A stretch of 64,000 nt of DNA. Origin: an uncultured Microthrixaceae bacterium (GTDB taxonomy: Bacteria; Actinomycetota; Acidimicrobiia; Acidimicrobiales; VFJN01). The stretch is from positions 71,760-135,759 of the forward strand of contig CAWDXF010000003.1 in the NCBI GenBank assembly GCA_963806205.1. Reading direction: 5' to 3'. Each line of letters opens with the position of its first letter. The stretch's first letter is position 1. This document shows positions 57,291 through 64,000 of the stretch, piece after piece. Under the pieces are notes generated by a model, which was not told the DNA's origin, made no database searches, and was given only the letters and a program-made list of their open reading frames with translations. A program made the position numbers and the translations under genes.

Positions 57291-58094
57291 GTGCGCCCCG
57301 TGCGCCGGCTCTGGCCCGACCCCGCGGCGGTCGACGACGTCGACGCCCTCGTCGCCGCGGAGGAGCGCCCACCGCCCGTCGGGCGGCCGTGGCTGCTGGT
57401 CAACATGATCTCGTCGCTCGACGGCGCCATCACCGTCGAGGGGCGCAGCGGCGGGCTGGGAGGCCCAGCGGACCGCGCCGTCTTCCACGCGCTGCGCGCG
57501 GCCGGCGACGTCGTGCTCGCCGGCGCGGGTACCGTGCGGGCCGAGCGCTACGGCCCGGCGCGACCGTCGGAGGCCCAGCGCGCGGCCCGCCGGGCCCGGG
57601 GGCAGGCGGAGGCCCCGGCGATCGCGGTGGTGACGCGCTCCCTCGACCTCGACCTCACCAGCAAGCTGTTCACGGCCGCCGACCCGCCGACGATCGTGAT
57701 CACCTGCGCGGCTGCGCCCGCCGAGCGACGCCACCTGGTGGCCGAGCAGGCCGATCTCATCGTGGCCGGGCAGGACGACGTGGACCTGGCCGCCGCCCTG
57801 GCGGAGCTCGCGGCGCGCGGCGTGGACGTGGTGACCTGCGAGGGCGGTCCGCGCCTCAACGGCGACCTGCTCGCCGCCGACCTGGTCGACGAGTGGAACC
57901 TCACGCTCGCACCGGTGCTGGTGGGCGACACGTCGGACCGCGCCAGCACGGGGCCACGCCCGGCCGCACCCCGGCAGCTCCGCCTGGACCGCCTCCTCGA
58001 GGGCGACGGCCTGGTGATCGGCCGCTGGGTGCGGGCGCAGGACGCGTCGAGGGCTCAGGTCCTCAGGGCAGCACGAGCCGCTGCCCCGCCATGA
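57291..58094 (+). CDS. RibD C-terminal domain / dihydrofolate reductase-like pyrimidine reductase family protein
   Basis: In-frame GTG 57291 within ORF 55074..58094. It has LLVNMISSLDGAITVEGRSGGLGGPADRAVFHALRAAGDVVLAGAGTVRAERY and CEGGPRLNGDLL. Confidence 0.8.
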   Translation: MRPVRRLWPDPAAVDDVDALVAAEERPPPVGRPWLLVNMISSLDGAITVEGRSGGLGGPADRAVFHALRAAGDVVLAGAGTVRAERYGPARPSEAQRAARRARGQAEAPAIAVVTRSLDLDLTSKLFTAADPPTIVITCAAAPAERRHLVAEQADLIVAGQDDVDLAAALAELAARGVDVVTCEGGPRLNGDLLAADLVDEWNLTLAPVLVGDTSDRASTGPRPAAPRQLRLDRLLEGDGLVIGRWVRAQDASRAQVLRAARAAAPP

Positions 58095-58530
58095 GCGGCG
58101 CATCGCCGTTGGCGGCGACGAGGCGGTCGACCGTGGCCCGAACGTCGCTGTCCGGGGTCAGCGACGCCGCGATCGACCAGAGCGTCTCGCCCGGCTGGAC
58201 GATGTGGATCTGCGTGGCAGCCGCCTCGACCGCGCCCAATGCGACGGCCGAGGCGGGCGAGGGAGCGCCGACGGCGGAGGAGGGGTGGCCGCCGCCGGCG
58301 AGCCTGGCCGAGATGGCGCCGACCAGGAGGACGAGGACCACCACGACGGTGGCCAGGACGCCGAGGGCCACGGCCCGCCGGCGGCGGTAGACGGCTCGCC
58401 GCGCGAGCCGATCCGGGGCCCGGCCGCCCTGCAGGACCCGCAGCGTGGGCCGGGGCGGCTCGTCGGGCCCCGTCGGCCCCGTGGTGGGCAGGAGGCGGAG
58501 CGCAGGGCTGATGTGGAGGGCTGCGGTCAT
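58063..58530 (-). CDS. LysM-domain membrane protein, divergent from lexA
   Basis: From ATG 58530. It has a TM (VALGVLATVVVVLVLLVGAI) and a C-terminal LysM (IVQPGETLWSIAASL...). Confidence 0.8.
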   Translation of the reverse strand: MTAALHISPALRLLPTTGPTGPDEPPRPTLRVLQGGRAPDRLARRAVYRRRRAVALGVLATVVVVLVLLVGAISARLAGGGHPSSAVGAPSPASAVALGAVEAAATQIHIVQPGETLWSIAASLTPDSDVRATVDRLVAANGDAPLMAGQRLVLP

Positions 58531-58560
58531 GGGGTCATTCTCCGGAGCGGGTGTGACATC

Positions 58561-58714
58561 TCGGAACGCCTGTTCCCGGGAACGTGCGTTCGGTCTGCCC
58601 GGGCATCGTACCCCCGAACGTCCGTTCGCCGTCAACCCCCAGCCGAACAGCCGTCCGCCGAACGGGTGTTTGCATCGCCGGCGCCTCGGCGGTACCCTGC
58701 CGAACACCTGTACG
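58561..58714. promoter_or_regulatory. Array of six LexA (SOS) boxes, GAAC-N4-GTxC
   Basis: Three boxes match the arms exactly: GGAACgcctGTTCC (58563..58576), GAACgtgcGTTC (58580..58591) and CGAACgtccGTTCG (58615..58628). Three are imperfect: CGAACagccGTCCG (58644..58657), CGAACgggtGTTTG (58659..58672) and CGAACacctGTACG (58701..58714). The actinobacterial consensus is TCGAAC-N4-GTTCGA. Confidence 0.8.
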
Positions 58715-58729
58715 TCCACGGAGGTTCTC

Positions 58730-59362
58730 ATGGCCGACGTCACGCTCACCCCCCGCCAGCGGGAGATCCTCGAGGTCATCGAGCAGCACCAGCGGGACCG
58801 CGGCTTCCCTCCGTCGGTGCGGGAGATCGGCGAGGCCGTGGGCCTCACCTCCCCCTCCACGGTCCACGCCCACCTCGCCACCCTCCAGAAGCTGGGCTTC
58901 CTGCGCCGGGACCCCACGAAGCCCCGGGCCATCGAGGTGCGGTTCGACGCCACCTCGGGTGCCCCGGTGGACCGCCGCCCGGTGCGCCACGTGCCCCTGG
59001 TGGGTGATGTCGCAGCCGGCACCGACGTGCTGGCCCAGGAGAACATCGAGGAGACGCTCCCCCTCCCCGCCGACTTCACCGGCGAGGGCGACCTGTTCAT
59101 GCTGCGGGTGCGCGGCGACTCGATGGTCGACGTCGCCATCCTCGACGGGGACTACGTGGTCTGCCGGGCCCAGACCACGGCCGACAACGGCGAGATCGTG
59201 GTGGCGGGCATCCCCGGGGACGAGGCCACCGTGAAGACGTACCGCCGCAAGGGCGGCACGATCACCCTGCTGCCGGCGAACGAGCGCTACGCGCCCATCG
59301 AGCTGCCTGCTTCCGACGTCGCCGTGTTCGGCCGCGTCGTCACGGTCTTGCGCCGCCTCTGA
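58730..59362 (+). CDS. lexA: LexA repressor
   Basis: ATG 58730 follows GGAGG. It has LTPRQREILEVI...GFPPSVREIGEAVGLTSPSTVHAHL, the cleavage region VPLVGDVAAG, and catalytic RVRGDSM and VKTY. Confidence 0.95.
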   Translation: MADVTLTPRQREILEVIEQHQRDRGFPPSVREIGEAVGLTSPSTVHAHLATLQKLGFLRRDPTKPRAIEVRFDATSGAPVDRRPVRHVPLVGDVAAGTDVLAQENIEETLPLPADFTGEGDLFMLRVRGDSMVDVAILDGDYVVCRAQTTADNGEIVVAGIPGDEATVKTYRRKGGTITLLPANERYAPIELPASDVAVFGRVVTVLRRL

Positions 59363-59417
59363 GCAGCGCAAGGCACGCGATTCACACACGACGGACGCGG
59401 AGCGGAAGAATGGAGGC

Positions 59418-60751
59418 ATGCCCACCACCCGCCTCCTCGCGCGCGCCTGCGCGGTGGTCGCGCTGGCGGTGGTCGCGCCCACCTCGGTGGCGCAGGGCGC
59501 GGCCGTCGCGAACGACCCGGTGTACACGCAGGGGCTGCAGTGGGGGCTCGAGAAGATCGGGGCGCCGCAGGCCTGGGCGGCCGGCACCGGTCAGGGCATC
59601 ACGATCGCGGTGATCGACTCGGGCATCGACCTCGCCCACGAGGACCTGGCCGACAAGGTCGACGCCAACACCAGCTGCATCGGCACCGGGGGTGACCCCG
59701 GCCGCTGCACCGGATCCGCCCAGGACGACAACGGCCACGGCACCCACGTGGCGGGCATCGCGGCCGCCAAGACGAACAACGGCCGAGGCATGGCCGGGGT
59801 GGCCCCAGACGCCCGGATCATCGCCGTGCGGGTGCTGGCCAACGAGTGCAACGAGGCCGGGTGCACCGCCACCGGCACGGCCGGCGACGTGGCCGCCGGG
59901 ATCCGCTGGGCCACCGACCACGGCGCCGACATCGTGAACCTGTCCCTCGGTGGGGGCACGCTCCAGGGCACCCTCGGGTGCGCGTTCTGCGACGCCATCG
60001 ACTACGCGTGGAGCCGCGGCACCATCGCGGTGATCGCGGCCGGCAACGACTCGCTGCTCCCGGCCGGCTTCGGCGACGAGCCCGCGGTCATCGTCACGGC
60101 CACGACCCGCGAGGACGCCCGCGCGCGTCCTACTCGAACACCACCTCGGGCGTGCTCCGCACCGCGCGCTGGCCGGTGGCCGCGCCCGGTGGCGAGGGCG
60201 AGACCAGCGCCGCGGACTGTGCGACCGGCGGCCGCCCGAAGGGCGTGCTGTCGACCTACTGGATCGACGGCGAGCGCGACCAGTACGCGTGCCTGGCCGG
60301 CACCTCGATGGCCGCGCCGCACGTGTCCGGTGCGCTCGCGATCCTGCGCGGCCAGGGTCTCGGCCCGCAGGCCGCGGTCGACCGACTGCTCGGCACCGCG
60401 CGCGACCTCGGCGACGCGGGCCGCGATCCCTCCTTCGGCGTCGGCCTCATCGACCTCGCGGCCGCAGCCGGGCCTGGTCCCGACCCGACCACGAGCTCCG
60501 CCGTGGCCAGCACGACCAGGGGGACCGCCGCGCCCGGCACGACGGGTGCCACCGTCCCACCGACCACCACGCCCACGGTCGCACCACCCGACACGCTGCC
60601 GAGCACCGAGCAGGCGGCACCCTTCACGGGCAGGTCGCAGACGACCGAGGATCCCGGCGGCTGGCTCGTGGGCGTCGCCATCGCCCTGCTCACCGCGGCA
60701 TCGGTGGCCACGGCCAGCGTGGCCTGGCGCCTCAGCGGCCGCGTCCGCTGA
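59418..60751 (+). pseudogene. Subtilisin-like (S8) serine protease with P/T-rich linker and C-terminal TM anchor, one frame break near 60125
   Basis: Signal peptide present. Catalytic residues are D (AVIDSGID), H (HGTHVAG), and after the frame change S (GTSMAAPHVSG). ORFs 59418.. and 59846..60751 join colinearly. Confidence 0.85.
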
Positions 60752-60783
60752 CCACGCCGGCTAGCGCGAGCTGCTCGCTTCGC

Positions 60784-61239
60784 TCACAGCTTTGCCAGCG
60801 CCTCGGTGGTGCGGTCGGCCTCCCGGCGGGTGCCGAGCGCGTCGGTGGCGAAGGCGTCGACCACCGTGCCGTCGGCCCCGATCAGGAACGTGGCCCGGAA
60901 CGCGCAGCCCCGCTCCTCGTTGAACACGCCGTAGGCCTGGGCGATGGCCCCGTGGGGCCAGAAGTCCGACAGCACCGGGAAGTTCCACCCCTGCTCCTCG
61001 GCCCAGCGCTTCTGGGCGGGGGCGGGATCACAGGAGACGACGACCACCTGGACGCCCGCCGCCTCGTAGCGGCTGTGGTCGTCCCGGATCTCGCAGAGCT
61101 CCTCCTGGCAGATCCCCGTGAAGCTGAACGGGTGGAAGACGAGCAGCACGGGCGCGCCCCGCAGCCCGTCGAGGGAGCGCTCCTCGCCGTGCTGGTCCGT
61201 GCCTGCGAACGCGGGCGCCGCCTGTCCGATCTCGATCAT
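60784..61239 (-). CDS. ahpE: 1-Cys peroxiredoxin (AhpE-type)
   Basis: VLLVFHPFSFTGICQEEL, FPVLSDFWPHGAIAQAYGVFNEE and RATFLI are closely colinear with mycobacterial AhpE. Confidence 0.9.
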   Translation of the reverse strand: MIEIGQAAPAFAGTDQHGEERSLDGLRGAPVLLVFHPFSFTGICQEELCEIRDDHSRYEAAGVQVVVVSCDPAPAQKRWAEEQGWNFPVLSDFWPHGAIAQAYGVFNEERGCAFRATFLIGADGTVVDAFATDALGTRREADRTTEALAKL

Positions 61240-61294
61240 CGTCCCTCCTGATCCGGTGACCGTCGCACCGTAGCGGCACGGCCGGCGCCTCAGG

Positions 61295-62362
61295 TCAGGG
61301 CGCCTGGAGCACCTCGAGGAGGACCGCGTAGGTGCGGTCGAGGGCGGCCCGCTCGACGCGCTCGTCGGCCTGGTGGGCGATCGTGGCGTCGCCCGGTCCC
61401 AGGTTGCAGGCCGGGATGCCGAGGCGGGCGAAGCGGGCCACGTCGGTCCAGCCGAGCTTGGCCGACACGGCCAGGCCGTGGTGCTCCACCAGGCGGCGCA
61501 GCACGGGGTGGTCGAGCCCGGGCCGCGCCCCCTCGGCGACGTCGACCACCTCCACCTCGTCGCCTTCCTCGAGCACGTCGCCGATGACCGCCCGCACGTG
61601 CGCCTCCGCCTCCGCCGCGCTGCGATCGGGCGCGAAGCGGTGGTTCAGCGTCACTGACGCCAGGTCGGGGATCACGTTCGCGGCCACACCCCCGTGGACC
61701 GCCACCGCCTGCAGTGCCTCCCGGTACTCGCAGCCGTCCACCACGGGACGGCGCTCCGGCAGCGCGTCGACGGCCCGCAGCAGGGCGCCGAGCCGGTGCA
61801 CCGCGTTGCGTCCCATCCACGGCCGGGCCGAGTGGGCGCGCTCGCCCCGGAGGCGCACGTCGACGCGCATCGTCCCCTGGCAACCCGCCTCGAGCTCGCC
61901 GCCGGTGGGCTCGCCCAGGAGCGCGACGTCGCCCTCGATGAGGTCGGGGCGGTCGCGCGCCAGGTGGCCGAGGCCGTTGTGCGCGGCCTCCACCTCCTCC
62001 CCCGCGTAGAAGACGTAGGTCACGTCGACCGCTGGCGCGGGCAGGGCGCGGGCCAGCGCCAGGTGCACGGCCACCCCGCCCTTCATGTCGGAGGCGCCCA
62101 GGCCCCAGAGCACGTCGCCCTCGACCCGGGCGCGGGCGTTGCCGTTGGCCGGCACGGTGTCGGTGTGGCCGGCCAGCACGACCCGCGTCGAGCGCCCGAG
62201 CCGGGTCCGCGCCACGAGGTTGTCGCCCACCCGCTCGACCTCGAGGTGGTCCAGCGCGCGCAGCTCGGCCTCGAGGTGGTCGGTGATTGCCCGCTCGTCG
62301 TGGCTCTCCGAGGGGATGTCGACCAGCTCGGCGGTGAGCGCGAGCAGGTCCGGGGTGGCCAT
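61295..62362 (-). CDS. dapE: Succinyl-diaminopimelate desuccinylase (M20 family)
   Basis: Intact 355-aa ORF with [19 protein letters not shown] and YAGEE. It is divergent from dapD, as in other actinobacteria. Confidence 0.9.
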   Translation of the reverse strand: MATPDLLALTAELVDIPSESHDERAITDHLEAELRALDHLEVERVGDNLVARTRLGRSTRVVLAGHTDTVPANGNARARVEGDVLWGLGASDMKGGVAVHLALARALPAPAVDVTYVFYAGEEVEAAHNGLGHLARDRPDLIEGDVALLGEPTGGELEAGCQGTMRVDVRLRGERAHSARPWMGRNAVHRLGALLRAVDALPERRPVVDGCEYREALQAVAVHGGVAANVIPDLASVTLNHRFAPDRSAAEAEAHVRAVIGDVLEEGDEVEVVDVAEGARPGLDHPVLRRLVEHHGLAVSAKLGWTDVARFARLGIPACNLGPGDATIAHQADERVERAALDRTYAVLLEVLQAP

Positions 62363-62412
62363 CCCGCCACGTTACGGGGGACCGCCCGGCGCGGCCGATA
62401 CGGTTCACGGCC

Positions 62413-63393
62413 GTGAGCGATCCCGCCGTCACCCAGGGCGCCCGAGGCACCGGTCTGGCCACGAGCACGGCCGACGGCCGCGTGCTCGCGGTGTGGTTCC
62501 TCCGCCCGGGGCTGGCGGACGACACCGGCGCGGCCGGCACCGAGCGGCTGACGGCGGACACCGCGGTGGCTGCGCTCGGCGAGGCCGCCGCCGGCGCGCT
62601 CGGGCCCGACCCGGTGCGAGGCGTCGAGGTCACCGGCGTGCGCACCACGATCGCCTCGCTGGCCGAGCCGCCCGTCGACACCGCCGACGCGTACCTCCGG
62701 CTCCACCTCCTGTCGCACCGCCTCGTCCGCCCCAACACGATCAACCTGGAGGGCATCTTCGGGGTGCTCACCAACGTCGTGTGGACGCAGCTCGGCCCGG
62801 TGGCGGTCGAGGACCTCGACGAGGCCCGGCTGCGTGCGGCAGCCGCGGGCTCGCCGCTCCTGGTGCACTCGCTCGACAAGTTCCCCCGCATGGTCGACTA
62901 CGTGGTCCCCAGCGGGGTGCGCATCGCGGACGCCGATCGGGTCCGCCTGGGCGCGCATCTGGCGGAGGGGACCACCGTGATGCACGAGGGCTTCGTCAAC
63001 TACAACGCCGGCACCCTCGGCACCGCGATGGTCGAGGGGCGCATCAGCCAGGGCGTGGTGGTGGGCGACGGCACCGACCTCGGGGGCGGGTCGTCGATCA
63101 TGGGCACGCTCTCCGGGGGTGGCACCGAGCGCATCGTCGTGGGCGAGCGCTGCCTCCTGGGTGCCAACGGGGGCATCGGGATCTCGCTCGGTGACGACTG
63201 CATCGTGGAGGCGGGGCTCTACGTCACCGCCGGCTCCCGGGTGACCCTCGCCGACGGCAGCGTGGTCAAGGCGGTGGAGCTGAGCGGCCGATCGGGCCTC
63301 CTGTTCCGGCGCAACAGCAGCAGCGGGGCCGTGGAGGTCCTGACCCGCGACGTGCGCTCGGTCGAGCTCAACGCCGACCTCCACGCGAACTAG
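62413..63393 (+). CDS. dapD: 2,3,4,5-tetrahydropyridine-2,6-dicarboxylate N-succinyltransferase (actinobacterial type)
   Basis: [48 protein letters not shown]...[13 protein letters not shown]...[17 protein letters not shown] is near-colinear with mycobacterial DapD. Confidence 0.9.
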   Translation: MSDPAVTQGARGTGLATSTADGRVLAVWFLRPGLADDTGAAGTERLTADTAVAALGEAAAGALGPDPVRGVEVTGVRTTIASLAEPPVDTADAYLRLHLLSHRLVRPNTINLEGIFGVLTNVVWTQLGPVAVEDLDEARLRAAAAGSPLLVHSLDKFPRMVDYVVPSGVRIADADRVRLGAHLAEGTTVMHEGFVNYNAGTLGTAMVEGRISQGVVVGDGTDLGGGSSIMGTLSGGGTERIVVGERCLLGANGGIGISLGDDCIVEAGLYVTAGSRVTLADGSVVKAVELSGRSGLLFRRNSSSGAVEVLTRDVRSVELNADLHAN

Positions 63394-63414
63394 GGCGGGT
63401 AGTGTGGTCCGCCC

Positions 63415-63843
63415 ATGGCGGACGGAGATGCCACCAACGCTCGGATCGAGGCGATCAGCGAGTCACTGATCGACCTCGCCACCGCGCTCGAGCAGCAGCA
63501 CCACGACCTCCGCCTGGCGCTCGACGTTCTCGTGCAGCTGGCCGCCAAGGTCGACCAGTCGACCGCTGCGCTCGCCCCCCTCAACGGCATGGAGGTGGGC
63601 GCGCTCATGGGTGCCACCCAGGCCGCGTGGCTCCGCCTCGAGCAGCGCCTGGAGAGCGAGTTCACGGACATCCAGCGCCAGCTGCGCACGCTGTCCGGCA
63701 CCGAGGCCGCCGCGACCGCCACGCCCGCCATCACGTCCCCGGTCTCCACTGCGTCGAGCCCGGGGGCCAGCGGGGATCAGCTGCGCCGCGCCGCCACGTC
63801 GCTGCGCGCGACGGTCCGCAGCCTGCGCCGCACGCGTCCCTAG
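63415..63843 (+). CDS. Hypothetical coiled-coil protein
   Basis: 142-aa ORF with good GC3. I recognise no family. Confidence 0.5.
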   Translation: MADGDATNARIEAISESLIDLATALEQQHHDLRLALDVLVQLAAKVDQSTAALAPLNGMEVGALMGATQAAWLRLEQRLESEFTDIQRQLRTLSGTEAAATATPAITSPVSTASSPGASGDQLRRAATSLRATVRSLRRTRP

Positions 63844-64000
63844 GCCGCGGCAGAGGACGCGAGGCGCTCGGTCACGAGCGCGATGCGATCGTCGGGCTGC
63901 ACCACCGCGATGCGCACGTGGTCGGCGGCGGCGGGGCCGTAGAACTCCCCGGGCGACACGAGCGCGCCACCCTGCTGCGCGAGCCGCTCGGTGAGCGCCC
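63840..64000 (-). CDS. Class I/II aminotransferase (possibly DapC-like), C-terminal fragment; the rest lies outside the window
   Basis: The minus-strand reading ends ...LTERLAQQGGALVSPGEFYGPAAADHVRIAVVQPDDRIALVTERLASSAAA-stop (TAG 63840..63842). The SPGxFYG...VRIA pattern is typical of this family. Confidence 0.55.
   Translation of the reverse strand, partial: ALTERLAQQGGALVSPGEFYGPAAADHVRIAVVQPDDRIALVTERLASSAAA

Overview
This is a 64-kb chromosomal segment from a very GC-rich Gram-positive-type genome. Mycobacterial-type LexA, DapD, DapE and AhpE, F420/LLM-type enzymes, a HelZ-like SNF2 helicase and a class II RNR point to Actinomycetota, possibly an Acidimicrobiia-like lineage; the taxon cannot be proven from the sequence alone. 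I can support about 65 genes plus one RNA gene (rnpB). I found no tRNA, rRNA, CRISPR array, transposase or integrase.

Most of the window is housekeeping or metabolic:
- Core genes: glpK (partial), a class A PBP, nrdJ, lexA, dapE/dapD, ahpE.
- Transport and redox: two ABC exporters, a molybdoenzyme with an MFS transporter, a GMC dehydrogenase pair.
- Others: amidase, S8 protease, Ser/Thr kinase, LuxR, MarR and GAF-ANTAR regulators.

The main observations are:
1. A translationally coupled five-gene operon (10.7-15.1 kb). It is built around an archaeal-type (SipW-like) signal peptidase fused to a long membrane module, with two TasA/camelysin-style secreted proteins and two membrane-anchored partners.
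2. A visibly less GC-rich block directly after rnpB (3.2-7.4 kb). It carries two further secreted proteins with a shared N-terminal motif, an HTH regulator, a DUF3494 ice-binding-like LPxTG surface protein with 27-nt repeats, and an atypical ferredoxin.
3. Six GAAC-N4-GTxC SOS boxes packed into the 199-bp lexA/LysM divergent promoter region.
4. Two cupredoxin loci. One is coupled to exported ferritin-like proteins and the other sits directly upstream of a membrane Ser/Thr kinase.
5. A strikingly uneven density of reading-frame breaks. Dozens of single-base frame changes are concentrated in 25.3-37.4 kb, while large neighbouring genes are intact. I cannot tell gene decay from local sequence error here. 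Genes with visible frame breaks are typed as pseudogene, meaning 'disrupted in this sequence'.

Many long ORFs in the supplied track are GC-rich shadow or out-of-frame read-through ORFs and were not called.
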